From: Tubulanus polymorphus
Taxonomy: Eukaryota > Animalia > Nemertea
NCBI RefSeq assembly: GCF_964204645.1
Contig: NC_134032.1
Location: 10,218,275-10,282,274, forward strand
Reading direction: 5' to 3'
DNA: 64,000 bases
The first letter of the stretch is position 1, and each line of letters opens with the position of its first letter. The position numbers were made by a program, and so were the translations under genes. Of the stretch, positions 1 through 12,600 are shown in pieces. The notes under the pieces are model-generated. The model did no database searches. It saw nothing but the letters and a program-made list of their open reading frames with translations, and was not told where the DNA came from.

Positions 1-94
1 ATTTGAGATTTGGAGAGATTTATAGAAACTGGTCATTTATTACACCAGGTTTCAACGCATCGTATTATTCCTCGCTGCTGCTAACAATGATATA

Positions 95-900
95 TCATGT
101 GCATATAGTAGAAATGCTTATGAAAATCATGTCCATCCAAAGTCTCGGGCTTTGATAGATTCTGCCAAAATCGTTGATAAAAATTGTAAAAAGAGTTGGT
201 GAGAGGCTGTCTCCCTGACGAACATCTGATGTCATATCGAACCAACGGGACTGTATTCCATTTACATTTACACTGGTTTTTGGTATTTGTATCAAATGAT
301 TTGATGGCATTGTAAAAATATTTCCGCCAATACCGGTCTGTAAAATTTGATATAAAATGAGTTCTCAACGTTATCCAAAGCTTTATGGAAAATCTATTTC
401 TAAAAATACCAAAAGTTGATTTGTTTTGATTAAACGATTCCGAACAATAGAGGTAGCTACAAAAAGTTGGTTTGCAAAAGTTCTATGTTTCTAAAAGCCA
501 TTTTGTTATTCTGCCATTTTTGTGATTCTAAGAAATTTACTAATCTGAAATGTATGATTTTGACTTGGCACTTACGAGACTGATACCACGGTGATTCAAG
601 GGTACTACTCCAGCTTCTTATGTCGTGTCTCTTGGAATTGAACTATTGATAGCATTATTTCGGCAAGAGCTAGGGCATGTGCTTCTTGAACAGATTAAAA
701 CGTTGGAGTAGGTCTATAATGCCTTACATTTCACTACACGGCGTATTATCAATGATCAATTTTGGGAGCCTTGGGCAATGAGTGTTTGCGGATACTGACC
801 ATTTCGCTCAAAGTAGAAGCTGTTATAAAACGTTGAACGTCTTAAGGCATTAAGAAATAGCATACAGGGGATTCACCACGAATAGTTATTGCCATCATAT
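95..900 (-). mobile_element. Degenerate non-LTR retrotransposon reverse-transcriptase fragment
   Basis: ORF 95-310 reads VNVNGIQSRWFDMTSDVRQGDSLSPTLFTIFIND, matching the LINE RT motif (G.RQG..LSP.LF.I..ND). Upstream frames are broken; limits approximate. Confidence 0.75.
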
Positions 901-1769
901 TCCGATAAGTAAAAAGTAAATTTGGCTTTAGTCTCATTTGTACATTAACATAGGTTATTTAGCGACGTCACGTCATCCTTACCTTCTTCATGGCATTATA
1001 TGAGGATATCATATCTGGAAGCTTACACGGGTTATTCCATCACGTTAAGATATGTAAGTGATAGCGCCTGGGGAGATCGGAATTGTATGGATACTGACTG
1101 AGATGCGTGTATTATATTAAAAGATCATTTATACAGGAGCTGCCATTCATATGTCTTCCACGCGCGACCTCAGAACAAATTCAAAAATATTTCGGCTAAT
1201 CTATAGCAGTATTGGAAAGGTTTTTTTTAAATTCTCAATTCGATTTTTGTTTTTCTTCAGTTGTTATCTTCTACGTGAGAAATATATTTATATATGTACG
1301 TCAAAGTTACGTTTTCGTTTAATAAGACATGCGCGGAAATGGTGTAAAACAAATTCGCTCGTTTTTCGTATCACATAGTCACATCGTGAACCAGTTCCGA
1401 GGATAGAGACAAATGTTATATTTCGTATTATTGTGAACTATCTTCGGAACTGGTACGATGTGGCCTGACAATTCAGAGTAATCGGTTTAAACAACGAACC
1501 TTTGCTGGATTCCTGCGATCGGATGGCGCCCGATTCGAATCCTTGCCGCTGGGGATCCGAGGGAGCGTCGATGCACTTTCCAAAAGATAACAAACGGAAG
1601 AGAACAACTGTATTTTAAAAAAAATCATAGAAACCACATGTATTCCGCGTTCATTGGATAGTTAACATACTCGTTTGCATAACGGTAAAATGAACGTATG
1701 TCATTGGCCAAAATCCCGCGGGAATTTCAGTTTTTAGTAAAACCATGTGCGCGGAAAAAGGGCAGGCGG

Positions 1770-3441
1770 TCACGTGACGTCATCTTCGGATTTACGCACG
1801 AATTTCAAAATGGAAAGTAATTCGGGTCCAGAGCGGCGTTCTAACACTGTAACGCCTCGCAGTCCGTCGTCGCCTAGCAAACGCAATATTTCTTCTAAAA
1901 GTAGAAAAATTAATTTTTCATTTTTCATTTGAACAACTCGGGAATTCCAGTGGGTTTCGGAATTGTTGATACCTTTATCGTTTTCTTTGATGATCACGAG
2001 GTAAAAAACGCCACCTGGCGACAACAGGTGGCACACGCTCGGGAATAATCGATCCACGACCTCACGACCTCGTAATCCGCCGGCCCAGGACGCTTCTATA
2101 CCGCAACTACCGACCTTAAACGACAAAATACACCCGCATCAGACAATTCAATAATTTAATTGTCATGAGATTGGAGCAACCCCCAAATAACGTGACGCGC
2201 CCCCAGCATAAAAGAGTTCATCAATCATTCTACATGTATCAACCTTGAACTGAATTTTAGGCTTTTGGATCCGTTATAACAGGAACCATTTTAAATTCAT
2301 TAATATTCGTCCTCTCAGTTATAAATTCATATTCACTTCATTCGATTTTTCATTCATTTCATTCGGTAGTAGGAAATTGATTCAGGAAGGAGTAATTTCA
2401 TTGTACTAGCAAACTTGACGGATCCTGCTTATCATAACCCCCGTTGCCACAGAAGCATTGGCAGGTTTCCAATTCGATTTCAAATTCGATTTAGGAAACG
2501 ATGACGACTAAAAGAATTCGCTTTATCCATACGAAAATCGTATTCAACTGATAGTTCAATTATAGTCTTTAATTGTAGAATGTAAGCTCACCTCTTCTGA
2601 AGGAGTCACAACATATGGCGGATTAAACAAGAGGACATCTACTTGTCCTTGTAATCTTGAATACAACGGGTTCACCTGGAATTTTTTCAAAGAAAAACGT
2701 TGACTATATATTGTAATACACTGCGTCGAAAATGTGTTTTTATGAGGTAATTTTGGTGTAAAACGCACCAGATCACAAATTACTGGGTTCAAATCAATCT
2801 TGTTCTGCACACCTGTTTCAATGGTAACATCAGCTGCTTTTTTGTTGATATCTGTACATCTGCCATGAATTCGAGAAAATACATACTTTCATATATTTCA
2901 AAATAAACCAAAACATCTTCTGTTGCGTTCCGTACCATTGAAGGTAAGTAAAGAACTAAGATTTTTTTTCTATTTTCAATCATGGATAACTTACAGAAAA
3001 AATGCTTTTTCCGAGAGTATGGAGGCTGCAAGAAATGTGCTAACTACACCGGAACCGCTGCCGACTTCGACACAAATTGACGGCCTTAAGAAGTTCAACA
3101 AAAAATGTAGATGAAACAAAAATCATTTTCAGGGTGAAAAGGTGGAAAAATACTCGAAATCTTGTTATTTTGGTGATAAATATGAAGAAAACGATATTTT
3201 TATGAAAGGATTCTTTTTTATCAAGATCACAAATTCGTTATTAGTACCCGGCGCACCGGCCCGAAGCAAGTTAAACTACCCGGCTCGTGCTGCCGCCTCG
3301 CGACCATAGTTACCTTATCCGATTTAAGAACGATTTCTCTTTTTCCAACGCGTCTAGAAAGAGAAAACTATCCTCAGCCGGTTCATAAATATACTCGTAA
3401 TGTTCCGATGAGAGATGCGAAATATCAGGGGTCGGCAACAT
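1770..3441 (-). CDS. N6AMT1: Methyltransferase N6AMT1/HEMK2 (eRF1 Gln methyltransferase), about 6 exons
   Basis: Exon 1 (3441-3314) [26 protein letters not shown]; exon 2 (3084-2995) [10 protein letters not shown] (SAM motif I); then [20 protein letters not shown] (NPPY motif), SWAGG.RGREV; stop at 1770. GT-AG junctions checked are in phase. Confidence 0.93.
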
Positions 3442-3691
3442 CTCGAAAACTGATCCCGAATGCAACCCCGGAAGAGATTTTTCGTCGAGAACGGTTTTTT
3501 GCGATAATTAGTACAAATCCAATGAATATTTATTGCCAAAAAATGATAAATAATCTAGAAAAAAATGTATATACGGATCCAAAGTTCTAAAGATATTCGC
3601 TCCGAGAATAACATATATAAAGTTCAAAGCAAAATGAGAAAATGGCGAATACGGTGTTCTCCACCACCAGTAGGTGGCGTTTCGTGCAAAC
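3442..3691. promoter_or_regulatory. Compact bidirectional promoter region between N6AMT1 and XRCC5
   Basis: Divergent ATGs only 250 bp apart; YY1-like AAAATGGCG near 3639. Confidence 0.6.
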
Positions 3692-6600
3692 ATGGCGGCT
3701 CAAGCGGTAATGTATAAATTTCAATTATATTCGCCTCGAATTTCACCTTTTATTCACCTTCCAAAGATAGATTTAACCCGTCTTAGCCAACTCTAGGCTG
3801 GTAAATACTAAAGGCATAATTTTTGGAACAATTTCAGGGTTTGTCACGCTTTGAATTAGGTACAAGAGCCTTCGAAATGACAAAAATTTGTTGTGACTTT
3901 TTTGACATTCGCCTGTCCGAATTTCTTGTTTCAGGAAGCTGTAGCGATTGTTCTGGATGTTTCACCGTCGATGGACTCAGCTCCACCGGGCTGTGAAACT
4001 CCTCTGCAAACATCCCTTAATGCCATATCAATGATTCTACAACGAAAGGTATATAAAACAGATGATAATTTTCCAAGCAAGCCCTACCGGCTACCTATTG
4101 CGCAATATTTGGCAATAAACCTCTAAAGGGTTCATAGCTAGTTAACAAATTTCTCACTTTTTAACAGACAAATATGTGTTAAATCAATAATTTTTGGGCG
4201 TTAATGATTATTGTGTTGTTATTTAAAATGACAATTAAAGTGACTTCAGCCTTTTAGGGCTAACTCTATCAAAAATTGTTTAAATTAAAATGCCTCAGCC
4301 TTGAGTTACTTTGGAACCAGGTTCTGGACTAGGTTTCATTGATTTGGTCAGTCTGTTAATATTTGGGGACTGGGAACCAAGCCTATAAAATTGCTATATT
4401 CCTTCATCTTAATCTCAAAGTTTCATGCCACTCAATGCCCACCAGTCTATTTATCTAGCCAATCATATGCATTTTTGTTGTGATATAGCGAATCTGCCAG
4501 TGAAAAACAATGCATCTGATAAACTTGGTGGCAACCTGTCCACTCAGGCAAACTTGAGTGGCGTAAAAAACAATTTTAGGGTCTGTGGCAATGGTTTGTG
4601 TTGGCTTGAGCCTCGCAATCGAGGATGGTTTTCGATAAGCCCATCGATTCCGACTTACTTGTTTAACCCATTAGTACTCACTATGTGCCTGATATTACAA
4701 GCTCTGCTTTCCTCTGGTTGCCCTGCTGTTATTTTACATCAGTTTATATATATTTTGTATGAATCAAATTAATTATCTATTGTAATTTTGTCTGGTATTT
4801 ATTTATTGATGTAAATTATTTTGGAAATAAATAAATAATAATGTAGCGTTGATTACTCCTCATTCAAGGTAAAATCCAAGCTCATCACCATACCGAATAG
4901 CTCATTCGAGTAATAGGCAGGGCAGATATGGGCGGCTTGAGTGCTAATGGGTTAAGCTTTTGAAAACTTGTCGCAAAAATCTGGGATTAAAAAGATCGTT
5001 AAATCGTTTTGTATTGCAGATGTTCAGCGAGTCTAAAGACGAAATAGCGCTCGTTTTATTCAGCACTGATAATACGGCTAACGATTTAGCCGACGGAAGT
5101 AGTTACGAGAACGTGATGCTCGCGCGGCCGCTCGGTAAAACTGACTGGGATCTACTGCAATACGTCAAGACTGAGATCGCGGCCGGTTCTCAATCAGCCG
5201 ACTGTATCCTTATCGTTATCGCTTATCATTCCTCGATAAATCCCCCTGCAGGGTTCCTACGTTCCCGTCAGATTCTAAAATTCAATATTAAGCGTCACTT
5301 AAAACCCTCAATTCCTGAGTTTTAGCCCTTGGTTCCTCAAATACCCCTCAAATTCTGAAAATGTGCCATAAAAATCCTTTTATAACAAACTTCCGTAGTT
5401 TAATCTCTACATCATGCCAGTGTGTTAATACATACATTGTGTCTTTTGCTGTGTACGCAATGGATTGGCACTTAACAAGTATTGTCTAGGTTGCTTGTTT
5501 ACTACGGCCTATTGCGTCATCAAATTCGGCCGAACAAAAAGTGCAGACCGGGCCTGTTCCAAATTGTCAGGATAGTAACAGATTTCGAGAAAAACTGAAT
5601 CCGATTATTCAAAATTCTGTGAGGAAAATGAAACATGCAGCTCATCTGCGTGTCGGTGAAGGTTACTGTATCGAACAATTGTAGAGCAGCTTAGTAAAGT
5701 GGATGGACAATGGTATTAAGGAGAAATCATTCGCAGTTGATTTAATTCACATTTAATATCGTCAAACAACAGTTTGGGACTCATCGTAAACAGAAACAAT
5801 GAAACAATCATTAATTGTTGTTTTAGTTTGATGTGTGTTCAAAAACACCCATGACTTATTTTTTTTTGCACTTGAATATTCCATCCTCGTGCAAACATCC
5901 AGGTCGACGAACCTTACCAGACCTCCATGAAATTAATTACAGTTGATGAATGAAGCTGGGATAACGCATTTTTCTAGACACCTGAGACTTCGTTAAAAAA
6001 AAAGTCGTGTCTTCGTGAATACCCCCGAGACATCGTCGAATCATATTTCCGTAGGTACCTCCCGAAAAGATGGCTGTCTACTTTATCAAAATCATAATAC
6101 CCTATAGAGAAAAGAAGTGTCCCTCTATAATTCTCCATATGACATCAATTTTCTACCCCTAGTTGTATTCTTCTTTAACCCGTTGTTTTGAAGTCATTGA
6201 TGCGTTTATCGTGGCTGTGGATCATTTAGTCAAAGCTACCAAGTAAGTTATACTTCAATGCATGACACACATTGTACTACTACTACATCGGCACTTTAAG
6301 AGCAAATGCTGTCAAAAAAAGAATATTGTGTAAAAGTTATTTTCAAATGTGATATATATTCACAAATATCAAATATGCAACTAGTTTGAATTTTAGTTCA
6401 TCCATTACTGAGGAATTCGACTTTCAAATCGGCAATTTCGGCACGTGCTCACTGTTATTGTTTATGTTAGCAGATGCGCGTTTCTGACGTCATCTCTGAC
6501 AAGCGCTCGACACACCTTACAGTCATTTCACTAGACATTTCATAGGGTATTTAATCATTTTAGAAGTGTTTTTGAATTTTGAACTCTTATCAGTTGCTAC

Positions 6601-9600
6601 TGTTGGATATGACATGGTAAACGTATATTAGAGAGTAGCGCTATATGCAGCGAACAAACGATGTTTATTTGATCAATTATACATAGGCTACGCTCATTAA
6701 CATCATAAGATGAAATAGTGCCACTGCGGGTAATATGGAGTATATATGCACGAAGTGAAGGATAAATGAATGACTAATTTAAAGCTAATTAGAGATACTT
6801 TTTTCGATCAGACAGATCTCAGGTCGTTATATATAGGCTATACTTAGATTTCTTATCGTTAAGAAATCGCGGAAAGTGCAATTTGATAGCAGTTGCCCTT
6901 TAAGTAGTCTCTTAATAAACATGAATGTGTTATGTATTGATAAGCCTGCATCCAATTCCACAGTTGTGAGTTAAGGTTTGATTCTACAATAAACCAATTG
7001 AGAGTGAACTCATTCTAACTCTTAAACCTTCCAGTGCCGACTAATAAATACCCAAAAGCGCTGGAGATAATTTGAAAATTTTAATGAATTCAACCCCAGT
7101 GCGTTTTAATGGACATATGTGCGCTTTAGTACATCTACACCGCAGTGCAGTGTATCATTACACCACAGTGCAATGTATCATTAGTTCGAAGATGTCTCCA
7201 TCTTTCAGTAGAGGTAAAAACTTATAAGCAATAACATTGATACACTGAGCTGCGGTTGACTGGCAAAGCCCATCGCCGATTGATACGCCGCACTATGGTG
7301 TAGATGCATTGAGAGGTTAAAGAGTCAAACATTACCCACAACCATGGAGCCGGGTCCTGCACATCTTGGGCTAATTTAATTAGATGTCTGTCTATGAAAT
7401 AGATTGTGTCTTTTCAGAGGTAAGCGAGGTATATCCGGTAAACGATTGATATTGTTCAGCAACCTCGCCGGTGAATTCGGAGACGATAAAATCGATGAAG
7501 TCATCGCCGGAATGAAAGCGGAGAATGTGGAGCTCAGCGTCATGTAAGTGTCTTATCCACATGTGACATGCGTACGCGCATTTCAGAAAATATTCAGCAT
7601 AAAAGCGAATCATATAAAAGTGTCACCTTGTAAAAGGTGGCTGCCTTTATGACCGTATGACATCATCAAGACTTGATTTCCGAACTGCCTCTGCGAAATT
7701 CCCGCGTCTCTGATTCGTAATTATACATTTTACAGCGGACCAGATTTACCGGATGCCGACGACGATGACATCGATGAGGACGGGGGTGGCGGAGGGGAAC
7801 CTAGTAACGGAACAGGTGACCACTCGAAATCTAAAACGCCTCAACAAATCGCTGGCGAGCGAATGATTCGACATATTCTAAAACAGGTCGAAGGCGACAG
7901 TTATTCGTTCAGGTAAATTCGAAATTAAAAATGGGCGGTAACCGCGGCGTTAAAGCTGACAGTAGTTTTGATAGTTGTTTTTATTTTTGTCGCAGTGAAG
8001 CGTTGCCGGCCTTAAGCTTTTTCCAGACTCGGCAAGTTAAACAGACCGCGTGGAAATGTCAACTGGACATCGCCGGCCAATTGAAAATACCTGTTTGTGC
8101 TTATACGAAGGTAACTCTATAAATTCTTCTATCACACCCTCTAGTTGTTACCCCTAAAGCCAAAGATGGCTGGCGCTTAAATCCCCCTATGACATCATTA
8201 AATTGTGAATAGGGTGCTAGAGAACTGATAATGAATAGCTGAACGACATCATCTAAAGCTTTATTTAGAAAATGGCTGCCTCATTAGATCACCTACGACG
8301 TCATCAAATTGGGCCCAAAAGACACTTGAAGAAAATATGGCTGCCCCTCTAAATCCCCAATGATATCAATAACCTTCTACAGGAATTAGCCACCTCAATA
8401 AATCCTGTAATGACACTATCATCAAATTGCTCCCCCATGAAATACCTTCTAATACTATACTGTATTCTCCCAGTCGAACACATCGTTGATATTTTCCTTT
8501 ATTTTTTTTGAAAACATTGGGGAGCGTTAACTCGGTATTTATTCCAGTAAACCCTCCTCGCCCCTTGAAATTTGCACTCACCTCGCATAATTTGATAGCC
8601 TTCCAGCTGATAATGGCCACCTCAATTGATACAATGCACTAAATCAGATGACTTCATCTAATTAACACTTGTTTGTTTCAGGTGACAGAAGCGAAAGTGA
8701 AATCGATGAAAGACGTTTACGCCAAAGACGCCGACGCCGAAATCCAGAAAGAGCGAACATTTCATTTGAACGACGAAGCAGAAACCGAGGTCGAAGCCGA
8801 CGACACGGTTCAAGGTCACCGGTACGGTTCGACGCTCGTTCCATTCTCGAAGGAAGACGCCGAAAATATGAAATACACCGCGGAGAAATGTCTGTCGGTT
8901 TTAGGATTCACAAAGTCATCGCAAGTATGTATAACGTCCGTTCCTGTCACCAGGGTTTGTCGCATAGTTTGAAATGTCTCAGATAACTCGGGAAGTCAAG
9001 GTTCCTTTACAGCCCCTTAAATCCTCCAAAAGACCTTCAAATTCCAAAATTCAATTTTGTGGGTCCAAAACCCTGAATGTTGTGGTTGTAGGAACCCTTG
9101 ACTTGCAATGAGTTAATTCCTTTCGAATATCTAACTCTATAGGATCAGATTTTAACCTAAAAAGATGGAATTCGGTCCTTGCCTCAACAGTTGTTACAGT
9201 AGACTCCTGTGTACTCTCAAGACAATCGCCTCGTATAATCACTTGCCCGTTCTACAAATTTTCTTACTGCAACTCATTGTTATAACAAACCATCCCTGCT
9301 CGGACTTTGCTGAAATTTTGTGTACTTTGGAAATTTTGTGTACTTTGGAGAGAATTCGTTGGTTCCACAAGATCTGAGACAAGCGGAGTCTACCTATGTA
9401 GTTTGTATCGAATTAACTCTGTAACTCACAACTGTGATGTGGGTGTTATGTTGTTCTGTACGCTTAGAAGTGCCACATAGTGGATCATCTGTGATTTTGA
9501 ATGAATTTTAAATTCTTTTTTTGTTTCTCGAAGATTCGGCGGCACCACTTTATCGGTACGAATGTGATGGTTGTTTGCGCTGATAAAGGGGACGAGGTGA

Positions 9601-12600
9601 GTCGTTTAATCGCTTCAAATCCCGGTTGGAAAAAATTTTTAGAATACGTGTATATTTATGTGCAACCGAACAGGTGATAATATCTAGATACGATTGAAAA
9701 CCTGATTAAACCGCGGCTACTGAATACTGCTATGTTATGAGCTTAACCCTTTCAGTGATGAAAAATTAATACCCGAAAGTGCCAGGGATAATTTGAAAGT
9801 TTTAAAAAATTCCATCCCAGTATGATGATTAACAGCATATCGCTTTAGTGCGTCTACACTGCGGTGCGGTGTATTAAAAGTAACTAGTTTGTTTGACAGG
9901 TGCTGTCATCTTTCAATACAGATTCAATACTATTCACTAATAAAATCATTGCACCTCGACGCGGTGTACTAGTGAAGTCCATCGCCGATTGATACACTGC
10001 ACTGCAGTGTTAGCACACTGAATTGGTCAGTTGATAAGTATTTTGATTAATTTTGTTTTTCGCGGAACTGCAGGTGGCCGGCGTCGCGCTCTCCGCGCTG
10101 ATACACGCGCTGTACGAGACGAGCTTCACGGCAATCGTGCGTCGGGTTTACGCGAACCGCTCGGCGCCGAAACTAGGCTTCCTCACGCCTCAAATTAAAC
10201 CCACTCGCGAGTGTCTGATTTACAGCGAACTGCCGTTCATGGAAGACGTCAGGCAATTCACGTTCGGATCGCTGCCGATCAGCGACGATATACCGGACGC
10301 CGTGAAAAAACATCAACCTTCCGGTAAGATCACTCAACCCCCTTATTACGCAGAAACTTCTAGAAAAAATTCGGGGGAAACTCAGGGAATTTGACGATTC
10401 TCATTTTACCAAAAACCTCGAAAAACTCAACGGAATTCGGATCCGAATGATGTTATCGATAGGGTGTTTCTTCTTTACCAGTATGTGATTCAATGAAAAG
10501 TTTATGAATTGCGACATTTTAAACCTAGAAATTTCTCTGATTCACTCGGGGAATTTTATGTAATCACATGGAAAAATCGGGGAAAACTTGTAGAATACGC
10601 AAATGGGCAGAAAGTGCAGGGTTCATAGCGGTGCTTGAAACTCGGGGAATAAGACTGATCACGGAGACTATGAACCCTGTAAGACATTCGAGTGTTTTAC
10701 ATTTCATGTATGCAGATAATCAGTTGTCGGCGATGGATAAATTAATCGACGAAATGGATTTAACTCAAGTCGTCGCGGACGAAGACGACGGAGAAAAAAC
10801 CGAGGCGTTCAAACCGAAATTGACGTTCAATCCGTACATACAGCGATTATATCAGGTCAGAACTTTTCAAGTGAACTGTGATCATTACCGTGGACTCGGC
10901 TCGCCTTGAGAATCTCATGGGGCAATCAGATTCTTTCCAACGTACAGGCATTCTAGGACTGACATAGCTGCTATGTCTGCCCTAGATTGCCCGTACGCTA
11001 AGCGGGGATGGGTGGTTATCACGGTGAATTGTTTACGAACGAAACCCATGATTTGATGATTAAACGATTTATTTTCGGACAGTTACGAAATTTCGACTGA
11101 ACTTTATCAGAGAGACAAAGATTTTACAAGGGAAATTGCAAAATTGTAAGTTGTTAATTCGATAGCTGATGGGATTTGTTCGTTAACTCTGAATACTTAG
11201 ATTAATATCAATCTACCACGAACCAGTCATGATGAATAATTGTAGTTCGGAAATTTGTAATCACGGGGCACATGATAATCTGAGGTAATCAACCATATGG
11301 TAAACATAGTCTCCTGTATTTTATTTACCCGTTCATTATCAACATATAAAATGTTAATGGAGAAATTTTGAAAATCTTGGAATATTTGACGGCAATGTAG
11401 TGTCTATTGGAGGTACTGATATATAAACTCTACCCCGCAGTGCAGCGTATTGCTGATATTTCATAAAATTCGATAAGTTCTTGGACAGAGTGAATGCTTT
11501 ACTGGAAAGGGTAGGGATAAGTCAGGAGATTTTCTTTTCTTTAAAAAAGTCGAGTAATAGTTGGGGAAATTTGTAAAAAAATAGCTGAAATCAAGGAGTT
11601 TGTTGAGATTGCTAGATCGCACATAAAATCAATCAGTTTCCAGCCAAGTCTTGCGTATTGGACTGCGTTAATTGATTGGATTCTTAGCAGATCAAATCAG
11701 GGAAAACAACGTGCATGTCAGGGAACAGTCAATGAAAAAGCAAGTCTGGTTAAAGTGGGCACCCTGTATATTTCAATAGACACTTGAACTAAAGAAATTA
11801 CATGAGTACACTGCACCGATGGGTACATCGAATGTAGGGTGGGTTGATTTTAGTAACACATCGCACCATGGGGCACAGGTAGATTTTGATGAAATTGTGA
11901 AGGTCTCGACGGTATATTTTCCTTGCAGTGTTTACAGCACCGCGTCGAGAACCCCGACGATCCGTTACCCGAGTTGAACCCGCTCGTCGCGAACTATCTG
12001 AAACGGCCGCAGGAAGTGACAACGAACTGCGAGCGGACGATCGACGAGATGAAGACGCTGTTTCCGCTCGAGGTCATCGTGCAGAAGAAACAGGACGAAA
12101 ACGTGTTTCAAAACGAGTGAGTTTCGTTCGATCCTGAATGCAGACGGTAGACTTCGCTCAAGTCGAGGTCTTTATTTGGAAAGTGAAAATCTATTCAACG
12201 TGAGAGCGACATCTGAGTTAGATAGTGCGGCAGTAGACTCTGCTCAAGTTGAGGTCTTTTTAGATTGAGTGAAAGTTTGATAGACTTGAACGCGATATTT
12301 TGGAAGTAAGATCCTTTTAAAAAACATGTATCCAACTTGAGAGTGATATCTGAGTACAGTAGCCTCAGCTCAAGTTGAGTCTTATGAGTTGTGAGTGATA
12401 TTCGAGTTGGATGCTACTGAAGACTGCTCAAGTTAGGTCATTCGACTTGAGACCGATATCCGAGTTGGATGGTACAGTGTAGCTTGAGTCAGGTCTTTTG
12501 ACTTGAGAATGATACCTCTGTTCGTTGGTACAGTAGACTCGTACACTGTTCAACTTGGATCTTTTTACCAAGTTCTTGAGAGCGATATATCTCTGTTGCA

